A DNA stretch of 60,133 nt, the filler included, from Sphacelaria rigidula (lineage: Eukaryota), in assembly GCA_964200075.2 (NCBI GenBank). It is 7 parts of 7 records of this genome, joined end to end, with 100 filler letters (N's around TTAATTAATTAA, not from the genome) between each part and the next. Parts side by side here need not be neighbours in the genome. Positions count along the whole stretch, not along the records: positions 1 to 8,505 come from CAXNAA020010945.1; positions 8,606 to 17,110 come from CAXNAA020010946.1; 5 more parts are not named here. One strand, 5' to 3'. The notes below the pieces were generated by a model. The model saw only the letters and a program-made list of their open reading frames with translations. It had not been told where the DNA came from and did not search any database. Below, one piece after another: positions 1-11,619 of the stretch (within the stretch, counting starts at the first letter, position 1; every line of letters begins with the position of its first letter). Position numbers and translations under genes: made by a program.

Positions 1-3000
1 AACATGTATATTAGCAGGTAAGCCCCCCCCTCACCCCCCGAAACTTCGAAATATATGGCGGTCAACGTTGACGGCAGAAGCCGACTCATACTGGCGATGA
101 TGATTCAGAGTCACACCAAAAAAAAAAAATCCGTCGAAAATAAAAATTGAACATATGCCGCGCTGTCCCGAACCGCAGTGAATAGGCTACCGTCGACTTT
201 TCGCGCCCTTAACTCGAGAAGATGACCACTTTCGTCGAGAAGGGTTCGTGGAAAGGATCGCAGTAACCTAATCTACTAGTATATTCATAAGCCTTAGCAC
301 TTTCTTTACTGCTGACGTGCCCGTTTCACTTCCATGTATCCCATTTGCGAACTTTTGTCGATCGGAGGCTCATGTGTCATGTTCCACCAACGATCCCGCC
401 GTAATTGAGAACATCCCAAAATACCTCACGGTCAAAACGCTCAATCCTAAGATTATTGGGATTGATTGATTGATTGTCATTATCTAGATCAACTGATCAA
501 TGAGGAATTCAGGGGTGGTCATTATCGATAGGATAGACGTACCCAAGGTCAACAAAAAAAGTAAAGAAGAAACTCGCTACAGGAAACTGGAGGGAGGAAA
601 ATATTAACAAATGAAGTCAAAACAAACGAGGCACACTGAAAAAGAGAAGCGTTTAACTCCCCCTCCCCCCGCCCCCCAGCCAATGGCCAAGCGACTAAGG
701 CAAGCAACAAATGAGTACCTCCCCCCCCCCCCCAACTATTTCCCATGACTCATATTTCGAGGTAATTAGGGTCGCCCGGCAAGAACTGTTTGTCGCCGTG
801 GATTGATGCCCTCTCTCCAACGTCTACAACTACGTCCCCAACAGAAATATTCCCACTCTCACCCCCCCCCCCCCTCCCCTCCCTGCCCACGACACTTTTC
901 CTTTTAGGGTCGGCGTCGTTGCAAACGACGCTGTAAAACACGCCACTCACTGCGGAAGCTTGGCAACCAGCTTACTGTACCGCTTTTTTTTGCTTCCGTT
1001 TTTTTTCGGTAACCGCGATGGTGGCCGAGCTAAACCTATCATTTTTGTGGGTGGGACAAGAAAAGTCACGTAGTGTTTGGATGATCAGATACCCCATGAG
1101 GCAGTGTATAAGCCGTAGTTGTCTCTGGAAGTGCTGAGGTCAGAAAGTAAAACAACTCATTGAAGGTTGTCATCCATCCGCATGTAAGATAATCATTAAA
1201 TTCGGACCGAGCGATCTTAGCAGGATGCATATCACCCCTCGTTCGACCCGCCGAACAAACATGTCACTGCGCTTCGCGCTTGCTGATCGATCGCGGGGCC
1301 TGGTCTGGCGATAACCCGGCATGTGCCGTCCCGGCTTTATAGGGATGCGAGGTCAAACGGCCCCATGAGTACGGCATGCAAAATCATGAGTCCATGAATA
1401 CATCCCACACGACGCTCCCGGTGGCTTCAGCAATAATAGCAATCATATAACGACCCCCCCCCGCCCGACCCCCTTGCCATTTCACACTCGTTCTATACGA
1501 CAAAACACATAGCCCTGGCGGAGTTGTAACGGCGGGGTTAGCCGTTTATGATACCATGCAGTACGTGCGTCCCGATATCTGCACCATTGGGACCGGGCAG
1601 GCAGCATCCATGGGATCGTTGCTGTTGACCGCGGGCGCCCCCGGTATGCGCTTCGTCCTTCCGAACACGAAGGTGAAAAAAAATGGCAGAGGGCAAGAGC
1701 ATCAGGGGAAGGGGGGGTACTCATGATCTTGCATGGGCAGAGAGTTGTAAAACGTGAAGAAGTTTGCTCGTCTGTAGGATGCTTTTATTTCTTGGTTTTT
1801 CTTCGTTCTACTCATCATTTTTTGCCTTTTTGTGCTGTATGTGGTTCGACTCTTTTTTTTTTGGTCCAGATGATGGTATTATAACTGGCAAGCACAAGCA
1901 CAGCCACCGCGTCAGTCAGTTGGCTTTTGCCCTCGAGAAAAGACAATGCAGATAGATTTCAGTAGCGCGCAAGATGTAAGATTATTTGAATTAGTCGGCG
2001 GAGGCAACGACAGCGACAATATGTCTTTGTAATTGTGCGGAGGCCGAACATGGACGCTTTCTTGCGGCATACAGTCGTTTGCCATTTCAATTCGCTGCAC
2101 GTGGTAACGCAGTGGAGTGGAACACAATTTCCCTCTGTATCTGTGTACTTACGGTGTGGTCAATTCTTGAATTTTCATACGGTCCAGTCAATGTCTTGTT
2201 CTGCACCCTTGTTGTAACCTGTTGAACTTTCGCACTATAGACAACAACAAAAATCGGTTGGTTTAATGATTTGGTACAACTGTACTTGAAAGATGTACTG
2301 AGAAACAAAAAAAAGTTTCGAAATGAGCATCATATAATATCTCGCGTGATTTTTTCCATGATGAAAAGACAAAGCTGCTCCGACACGCACGTTTTGTGTT
2401 CGAGCTTTGGTCTAGATCGCGAGGTATTTCACACCCTGTCGAAAAAGGGTACAACACCATCACCTTTTCTCAGCCAACAAGACTTGACTCATCTTGGTAT
2501 CTTGTGTTGGGGACACTTGGACGAACTATTAGACAAAATTGCCGTATGCCACCGTGTAGTCTGAAACTTCGGAGTATTTGATACGAATATCAGGATTTCC
2601 GGTTTCATCACTCGCATTCATTGGTGGGCACGGTGTAAACGACCACCCGGGATCATCGAAATGGTTTTCTAAGCGAGAGATGTATACATGTGTGCGTGTG
2701 TTTGTATACATGTATCATGGCAATGCAGAAACATACCGTTCTTTTTTTTTTTCTCCTTGGCTCGTGGTGTACTGCAAGCTAACTTCCGAATGCCGTCCTG
2801 TCGGCCATATGTTTGCGGTTTGTTTAGTTTTTTTCCCACCTTTAGACTTTTAGCGTGTGCACCCACATGTTTTGTCAAGGTCTCGGCATGTGTGCTATGT
2901 AGCGCTGTTCATGTTGCTCGCTCAAGAGATGACGATGAATCTCGCGGTCTCGTCCGTCCCGATGTCGTTGTGCACTTTGCGGTCCGCCACTAAATAATGA

Positions 3001-4362
3001 CAACACGATGTGAATGAAACGAGCGCGCAGGTTATGTTACATCAGCCGTCCGGCGGTGCAAATGGCATGGCCGCCGATATTGCCATCGCCGCGGAGGAGA
3101 TCATAAAGACGAGATCGCGGTTAAACGACATGTACGCGCAACACACGGGAAGGGTAAGAACGCGCGCCTCTTGTTAATTTATTTTCTGCTGATTGATTGT
3201 CGCACTTTAACTGACCCCCCAGGGATCCCGCGGTGGTCTCATGATACACGTACCCAAGAAAAAAGAAACTGAAACACTCGCTCAAGAAAAGAAGGGACAG
3301 AAAAAACAAGCAAACGAACAGAACGACATAGTAGACCAAGACGTGAAAAAAAAGAAGAATAAAAAACAAGTCTGCTATTAATATTAATCACGTATTTTGC
3401 GCCCTCCTCCTTTTTTTGTAGTCACTGCCTGTAGCTGTGGTTAGTCTAAGGCAATGCGTACAAAAAAGCGGGACGCGTGTACAGACAGACATATTTCTCC
3501 TGAGATCTCTCTCCGCTGACGTCTATGTTCTCGGAACAATTGCGAGTATGTGCTTGACTGATTCGGTAGTTCATCGGCGAATCTAACTGCGACGTCATCA
3601 AAAGTGAGTGGGTACTACACTTGCAATGGTGGGGGGATATTTTGTCCAAACCGTATTGCGGCAAACCTGCCCGTCTGCGCGGGTCTATCGAGAGCAGGTC
3701 TCGTTCTTGTAATTGTCGACGTGGTTGGTCCGTTCTCGAACGTCCGTAGAGTACAAGTCGGTGCGTTTTTGCAAGGATTAGCGCGGCATGTCTCACCCTG
3801 TGACAATGGTCTCCGATGAAGCGCGTGTGGCCCGCCCATTTTGCAAGAAAAAAGAAAAAGAAGAAGAAAAAAGGAATATTGGGCGTGAAACCTCGGTACT
3901 CAAGGTTTGTGTATTCTTCACGTGAATACATTTATCATCACACGTGCGTGTTTCGTTTTTTATCTCTCACCCCCCAAGCAATAAGTAAAACACGGATATG
4001 TACTCGGACAGCAAACATTTGCTCTTTGTTGGCCGTTGTGTCGTTGATATGGGGGGGGAGGGGGAGGGGGGTGGGGGCTTCCCGTAAGATGCGGAACAGA
4101 CTCTCATTTGATGCCTCGCGTTCGTTTCCGATCTCCTTTTTTTCCTGCTCGCCACTTCCTTCCCCTTTGCGCACCGTGATTCGCCGGTCGGTCGTGCGCG
4201 ACGAATGATGGTGATTGGTCATGATGGATCATGACGCAGGATGTAGCGGAGATAGAGAAGGTGATGGACCGCGACTTCTATATGAACGCGGAGGAAGCGA
4301 TCGACTTCGGTGTAGTGGATAAGGTCCTCACCAAGCGCCCACGCGAGGGCGCAGACTCTTGA
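1..4362 (+). CDS. clpP: ATP-dependent Clp protease proteolytic subunit (organellar ClpP), 5'-partial; exons <1..17, 1513..1672, 3031..3153, 4240..4362
   Basis: GT-AG introns with matching phases give [140 protein letters not shown]. The catalytic Ser (AASMG), His (HQP) and Asp (DRD) motifs of ClpP are all present. Not recovered by the ORF track. Confidence 0.95.
460..645 (-). repeat. Dispersed SINE/LINE-3'-like repeat with (CAAT)n tail on the minus strand
   Basis: Shares 'ATTGATTG...GTGGTC...ACGTACCCAAG...AAACTCGCT' plus an A-rich tract with copies at ~3188-3365, ~31561-31700 and ~38340-38465. Confidence 0.6.
681..733 (+). mobile_element. Short 5'-truncated copy of the poly-C-tailed retroposon-like family
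   Basis: CAATGGCCAAGCGACTAAGGCAAGCAACAAATGAGTACC followed by a C-run, and preceded by a C-rich tract. Matches the 3' ends of the copies at 48735, 49121 and 52199. Confidence 0.75.
3188..3365 (-). repeat. Dispersed (CAAT)-tailed repeat copy in ClpP intron 3
   Basis: GATTGATTGTCGCAC...CAGGGATCCCGCGGTGGTC...ACGTACCCAAG...GAAACACTCGCT...GAACAGAACGACATAGT, shared with the 31561 and 38340 copies. Confidence 0.65.
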
Positions 4363-5580
4363 ATATCGTTTTCTTTTGTCCTGTTCCTTACGCAAAGGAA
4401 GAAAAGTAGCTTGTGCATGGTGACAAAAACACCGGGGGGGGGGAAATGCATTTTTTCTTTCTTCAATTTCAACATGTATTATCGTTTCTCGTCCGCCGAT
4501 CGCCTCTGCAATGTTTTTTTTTTTCGCCTACGTTGTACGGTGATGCAGTGCTGCAGAGAAATACCGTGTGTCACTGCGTGTGTTTGGTCATGGAGCGCAA
4601 CTTAACTTATCCACCGGCGGTGGGGGGCATGGAGAGTGGGGCGCGTATTTTGCGTGAGTTACGAAACAGCAGATATATTTGGACAAGATGTTTTCTGTCT
4701 GTACTCGTCGGAGGGGTGTCTTTTGCTGGAGGAAATGCGGGGGTTTCACTGAAGAAGACGAGAACCAGATCCCGTTTCACCGTCGTTTCATGGTTCGACT
4801 CCGCTGTGTGCGTGGGATGCGGCGATGTGTGTCCTCAGGATACCACCGACGTTATTTTTGGGTTGAGACGGTGGTTGCCGGTGCATGTACCTCGTCTTCC
4901 CTCTTTCTCGTTTTTGTCGATACTACAAGGGTGCCGATCTCAAGTCACGTTTTTTTTCCCTTTTGTTTTGAGCGATTCATGTGTCTCGTTCTCGATGCGA
5001 AAACGTGTGATTCTTCCAGGAACCTGGCGAATAGCGCGTACGATTGACCTTCCCGAAAGCTGTGGAGTACGCAGGGAATATTCGACACCGATCACAACCC
5101 AGCCGTGATGCTAATAGCTGCGCCTGCACGCATGCACTTCCGAAATAATGAAGAAATCAAGTGTACAAAACTGCTGGGGGGGTTGCTGTTGAATCGCCTA
5201 ACCCCTCGCTTGCAGATCGAAGCAGATGCTGTCGCCTCGAGTCTGTGCGGTGCAGGCGCACATTTGTGACCGTTTTCAACAGATGGCGAGTCAAACGCGC
5301 ACGTGACCGCCTTCGTCGCTGTGCATGACGCAAAGCATCGCCCGCAGAACTAAGCGCGTGTAAGCAGTCGTCATGGTGGTGAAAGCGACACCTATCATGA
5401 TGTAAAGCAATCTCTTCATTTTTTTAATTCTCCATCATGCCATTGAGTCACCTGACGTTTTTGACTCTCTTCAACGAAGGTGTGTTTGTTTGTGTTACGT
5501 ATCTAACCGTCGCTTTCAATCGAGAATGGTTCGATGTTCGATTCCACTATCACTACGAGACTTCGGGGTTGAGACTCGTG

Positions 5581-6740
5581 CAGGCCCTGGTCGATCAGGG
5601 ACACCGATCAGGCACGCCGAAGGCGTGCCTCAGGCAAATGTACCAGACCCGCCGCGGGCAAAAAAAATGGGGTCAGGAGCAATTCTACGGTAGGGGTTGC
5701 ACTTCTTCAGCGAAATTGTTTCTCGGGGCTGCTCGGGGTGTTGGACGGATCATTTTGAGAATGGGCATCATTTTTACTTGAAAAGTTTGAAAATGATGTC
5801 GACTCACGAAAAGGCCCCTGGGTGTAATCACATGTTTCTGGGAGTCCGGTCCCCGGAGACTTGGGTTGCACAGTAAGCTCCCTCTACTTGAGCTCCTACA
5901 AAAAAGAGACCCGGAAACAAAATGTGCAACCCCCTGCCTGAAGGCAAAAACTGAGGCATGCCCTGTCAGGTTCATGCCTCACGGTTCAAATCCATGCCTG
6001 AGATGCCTTACTTCATAAAACAAGATGCCTTAGACTTGCCTAAGACAATCTCCCCGGTATCCCGAATAATGGGAGTTGGCGTCGCCATATAGAAATGAGC
6101 GCCCGAACTATATTTTGTTCAGCAGGGTTTTTTCTCGCGATTACTGTTCGATAGAACTCGAAAGTGCTAGAGTCCGTAGATTTTGGTGAAATGAACAGAT
6201 CGTCTTCCCCCCCCAGTGCCCAACTTAGTGTTGGGTTTATGGGGCGATACGAGTAGATACTCCGTTTATCAGAAGGGTGTTATTGACCGTGAAACACAAT
6301 TTTTCGGCTCTGTGGTGCAATGAGTGGGTAAAAATATATGTTGTACATTTTTCTACAAATATGATCGGAACTGACTTCATCGACCTAAAATACGGTAGCG
6401 TCAAAATCTAGGCCGAAACGTGTCAGGACCCCGATGACCGGTCAGCCCGTGAGCCACTCAATATTGAGTACATATATTTTTTTTCCTTGGAATTTGAAGC
6501 GGATATAAATATCGTCAGATCCCCCATGTGATGGGCGGTGGCAAGCGAAAGAACCCAAGAAAATCGACAATTACGAAGAAACTTCAAAATGCATAATAGT
6601 TAGGGCACACAGTACTGTAGGCGTGGCTTGCTTCCATTCATTTTTGTGGTAAAAGCGTTCGCCTGGCGCATACAAGGCATCTTAGAGATCAAACACCGTC
6701 TCAAGCAAAAAGCAAGGCATGTCTGATCGGCCAGGGCCTA
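5581..6740. mobile_element. Non-autonomous hAT-like DNA transposon (1160 bp)
   Basis: Termini CAGGCCCTGGTCGATCAG / CTGATCGGCCAGGGCCTA form an 18-bp TIR with 2 mismatches. Flanks GACTCGTG (5573-5580) and CACTTGTG (6741-6748) are a 6/8 degenerate 8-bp TSD. AGGCAT/ATGCCT motifs recur internally. No transposase ORF. Confidence 0.65.
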
Positions 6741-7044
6741 CACTTGTGTCACATGTCACATGTCACACATCACAGCAGACCACCGCACACACCACAGCAC
6801 ACGCGCGCCACCTCAAACGAAGTAGGGCCTCCTGGCCTCAATGGGGAGGGGTGCGCCCGTCCCCACAATGAACGATTAATAACAATGACTGCGGCATCTG
6901 GTGGTGACCGGCGAAAATTAGCACACATTTCGTTCACGCGGGTGCTTCGTCCGTTTTAACCCTCAAACTGCGGTGCGGGTAGTCCATCTGGATCACGGAT
7001 ACTTTTTTCAAGTGAGTATTGATACCGATTCAGCAGGTGACTGT

Positions 7045-7892
7045 CACGGTTTAAGATACAACCAACTAGACTACTGAACAAGTCAGCGCTGACTAGTCAG
7101 TTGTACACCGTCACAAAAGTTAGTTGTGGGGATTTGATCCCCGTCACTTTCACTCCGAGGAGGGCGACTCCCCTTGCCAGCGCTCTTCGACTGTAATCAG
7201 GACCTCTAGTGTTGTCACTCTCACCGTACTCATGAGTTACTCGTCTCCCCCACTAATTTTCAGAGTGTGCACTGGGGTTCTTAGCAGGGCACTCCATACA
7301 TAGCCACCAGGCTATACCCCACCCTTTTCCATTGCGGCCAATTTTTTACAGAGGTTTTCTTTTCTCCCTGGGGCCAATTATTTATCAGAGGTTTTCTCTC
7401 CTCTTCTCACTGGTTAGTAGTCTAGTTGGTTGCCTCTTCAACCGGCACAAAAGTTAGCCGTTGGTTCGATTCCCGTCGGACGCACTTTTTTTGAAGAAAA
7501 AGAGGAGAGAAAACCTCTGGTGAAAAATTGGCCCGAAGGAGAGAAAATATCTGTTAAAAATTGGCCGAAAAAGAGAAAGGCCGGGGTATGGCCAGGTGGC
7601 TATGTTTGGAGTGTACTGCTAAGGACCTCAGTGCACACACTCTGAAAATGAGTGGGGGAGACGAGTAATTCAAGGATACGGTGAGAAGTGACAACACTAG
7701 AGGTTCCTGATTGCAGTCGATAGAGCGCTGGCAAGGGGCGTCGCCCTCCTCGGAGTGAAAGTGACGGGGATCGAACGCCCACGACTACCTTTTGTGACGG
7801 TTCAAGAGACAACCAACTAGACTACTGACCAGTCAGCCAGAGCGCTGCCTAACTGGTCAGTAGTCTAGTTGGTTGTCTCTTGAACCGTCACA
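7045..7892. repeat. Compound inverted-repeat (fold-back) locus built from tRNA-like SINE units
   Basis: About 300-bp imperfect inverted arms at 7107-7407 and ~7500-7801. A perfect 41-bp inverted repeat lies at 7793-7833/7852-7892. The head motif TAGTCTAGTTGGTTG occurs four times in alternating orientation. Confidence 0.85.
7409..7492 (+). ncRNA. tRNA-derived Pol III unit (SINE head or pseudo-tRNA)
   Basis: A-box-like TAGTCTAGTTGG (7418-7429), B-box GGTTCGATTCCC (7463-7474) and a T7 run (7486-7492). I could not build a convincing acceptor stem, so it is not called a tRNA. Confidence 0.5.
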
Positions 7893-8424
7893 TGACCTAC
7901 CCTTGCGGTCAAAGGGTTGGGATATGTTCTTATGTGGCCTGGTTGTCGAAAGATATATATCGATATATCGATATTCTTGTACATCGAATCGAAAGGTGTT
8001 CCGGTTCAATTTGCAACACTACTAGAAGTTTGAATATTGGCGCGAAGCCAAGACATGCTGAAACAAAGTACAAGGTCGGATGAAAGGCAGTCGGTTACAT
8101 GGTGATGCCCAACAACCAGTTAAGCGCGCGTGCCCTCCAAACTAACGCGTACCCCTTGTTACCAATCTACTGCATCTGTTCCCATCCACTCCTTGCCCAA
8201 CGCAACAAAACAAGCAATCCTGTACCTAATGTACGGTACCGCACCGCTATGCTCCATGCGACACAACACACCCACCACACACAATGTGAGAACGTGGGGT
8301 CTGAGCGGACTCAACCCCTCTATCTTTCATTTTTGCGCTCGGATCCAACCCTAAGTCAGACCTTTTACAATCAAGGGACACCGCCAGAATGTGGAGAGCT
8401 GCAAAACACCATCACTGAACACAT

Positions 8425-8505
<81 letters not shown>

Positions 8506-8605
8506 NNNNNNNNNNNNNNNNNNNNNNNNNNNNNNNNNNNNNNNNNNNNTTAATTAATTAANNNNNNNNNNNNNNNNNNNNNNNNNNNNNNNNNNNNNNN
8601 NNNNN
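8506..8605. other. Artificial contig linker (N44-TTAATTAATTAA-N44)
   Basis: 100-bp spacer with stop codons in all six frames. Identical spacers recur every ~8605 bp. Confidence 0.99.
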
Positions 8606-11600
8606 CGGTTTATACAGCATGACTGCTTGCGCGTCATGGCGAGTCGACTCGTATAAATCTTGATTTGTCCCAACCGTGAAGCAATGTGGCACTGGACACG
8701 TTTGCCCGAGCCCAACGGGTACGCCTCGGACTCGTCCCTCATTTTGATATTTTAGTCGTAGGAGTGTCACCAATCACGACTCGATAATCGTCGGAGGACT
8801 GCACGTTCAAAAGCTGCCTCGGGAGATTTTTCCCGCGTTCCTGAATCTGAAGCTATGCAAAGACGATTATCTGAGACCTTTGCCCGCTTCACAGATGGTT
8901 CCGTGAAACTTTTCACTGCTGCCGGTCTTTGTGGAGGATAAACGTCTTGAGAAGTTTGATAGCACGGTACTCTATATCGGCGCGCAAAGTACGTGGACGG
9001 CAAACGCGATGTTCCTCGTGATGTGAACATATCACTTGTACCTGTATCATATTGCGCGCACTTCTGGGCGTGGTGTGCTGTGTTTGCTATTATTAAGCCT
9101 ACAGCAGAGAAAAATGTATTTGCCCATATACCGAGTGATGCGTAGTTTTTCACGTCAGGTCTTTTCCACACACGGGGCAACAGGCAGTCAACACATCCAA
9201 TATAACTGAAGTGTACCCCGTTTGGCATGGCCTACTACAGCTGTTGACCCACCTATTGCCTAGGATGTGAGACGTTTCTCGTCTCTCTTACTTATCCAAC
9301 TTCCTCAAGCGGTTCTACAATGACAATTCAAGACTTGTGCCCTATTCGAAAATGCTCACGTGAGATGTTTGCTTCTGCCGTCCCGTTCGCCGATGATCAT
9401 GTGACGCTTGTGTCGGGTTGAAAGATGCTCAAGCGAAAGCATGCCGTGCACGTGAATGCTCTCGCTAGGTTCAATTTTTCTCAAGGTTTCATTCGGCAAA
9501 CCCGAGATTTGATGGGCTGAATGTTCCCAGAGGACTAAGCATGCTCAGTAGCTGACTATAAAGCAGCACGGCACCCACGTCAGCCCACGCAGAGAATCGT
9601 TCGCGAGCATTTGTGCAAACGACCGTATCTTGATCAAGTAGCCTAACTTGTGCACATCGTCTCAGCAGTTGACCGTTGCGAATCGAGACCCTCGTGCATC
9701 ACATACTGGGTGTGCTGTTGGATGTTATTTTCCGCCCTTAACGGCACACCTTTTGGACCGCGTACACACACGACAAATGGAACCGTGAACGTTGGTGTCT
9801 TGGCTCTCCGTGGATCGAGATTTGTGGTTCTTCATGGGAGAATCTGACCACCGATGATCGCCTGCAGCTGCATTGCCCGCTGAGTGCCTGCGTACCTTTG
9901 CATGTGATTGGCGGGAGCACGGTGAAGGTGGTTCATAGGCGACGGATTTCTCCTCCAACCAAGATAGTGGAAAAGTCACTTTCAATGATATGCCGTGGAA
10001 TCGGATATCGCAGTTACGGCACCCCAACTGCTGGATTTTCAAGCCGTGTAGGCGCAGTGTTGGAAAGTTTGCATCAAGCCCTTGTCATGGCGTTGTGAAC
10101 GCTGCCAGCACAGCACGCCACGCGTAAGGTTTAACAGGAGATCTAGCACATGCTCACTCAGGGACGTATATGTCCGACAAACATTAAAACGCTCTTCGCT
10201 CTCGGAGGTATATGTCCAACACGCGTGGGTTACCTGTTCACTCTACAAGGGCTTCGTCGAATATGTGCAAGTATTCTTTCAGGTTAGAACAACTTCTCGG
10301 AACATCGGCAGATACGTGCTACTTCAGAACAAGGTCGTCCAACTTTCGTAGATATCGATGAGCTTAAAACAACCTTCCTGGACGCTGTCAAACATCTCCC
10401 GGCTTGGAGCAATTTTCTCGAACGTTTTCTACATATTTTTGACGTCAGAGCATGTTTATTCCAGAACACGTCTAGACAGAACGACGTATACAACGACGAC
10501 CATCTCATTGTTCAGGTTATCCGGAATGTCCGCACCTATCGTGTATAGCTATGGTGTATCCATCTACCGGGTTTCAAAGGTAAGTCTTTGTTCCCCTCAT
10601 CCACCTTGTGTCCCGCTCAACTTCTGGCGCTTTTGTGACATGACACTCCGATACGGCGAAGAGGAGCATTTAGTCGCCATGTACATCGTGTAGACACAAT
10701 ACACTCAGTACCCGAATTCCTCAATGAAACCGGCGACACAAATGATGGATACTCACTCTCAGGTCAAGTGGCAACATGAACAGTATAATACTGTAGCTTC
10801 GAACGAAAACCGATTGGTATTAGCTTGTACTTCTTGGAACGAATACGCGCATGCGTAGGGCAGGAACGCGCATGCGAACGGCAGAAAACAACAATCACGC
10901 ATACGGGACGCCATATGCGCGAGTGTGCATTGAGATCCGGCAGCTATTGGTATTCTCTACGCGTGTGCACATATCAGGTTCAACACGAGATTTAAAATAA
11001 CTGGTCTTTCGAGGGTCACGTGGGGCGCTGTTGAGGAAACAGGACACCTCTGCTATTTGTCCGGTTATCACATAGAACGAGAGTGAAGCAGATCAGTAGT
11101 CTTCGAGGTCAGGATGGTTTTCCCAAACGTGTACAGGTGTCTGTGAGTATATAATAACTTTCTCCAGCCTCACCAGGTATTGTGATAGTGCGAAGCAACC
11201 TCCTCAAGAGTTGACAGGTGTTGCGCAAGCCCGCATATCTGTGATTGACCTGTCTCATTCCGCCAGGTCTCATTTTCACGGCCAAGCGCGATTTGGCATT
11301 GGAGTTTCCGCTAGTAAGTGTTTCTGCAACACATATATTTATGTCTGTACTAAACCGGTCCTACAGTTGTTCCCGATGCGTACTGTCGTGGTGTAGAGGA
11401 TATCGTCATCTGCCGAATACCGCTGGGCTTGAGGTATGTATGGGTCAGTATATATGGACGGTCTTGCAATGTCATTGTTTCTGAAAATCAATTGAACTCG
11501 TTGCCAGCTGTAGCTCACGAACAGCTTTCCGGCGTTTGGCGATCGTGCTGCCCGCAGAGGTTGGATCTAGAAGGAGGACGACGCGAAGAGGAAACTAACG

Positions 11601-11619
11601 GCCGACGTCTCAACGATAG

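Noticed and set aside
7409-7492. Functional tRNA gene
   Set aside because: A and B boxes are present, but I could not form an acceptor stem or cloverleaf, and several rearranged copies lie nearby.
8427-8505. G31-A47-like tract suggesting a poly-A retrocopy end
   Set aside because: It lies at a contig end. Such homopolymers are typical sequencing/assembly artefacts, and no TSD can be tested.
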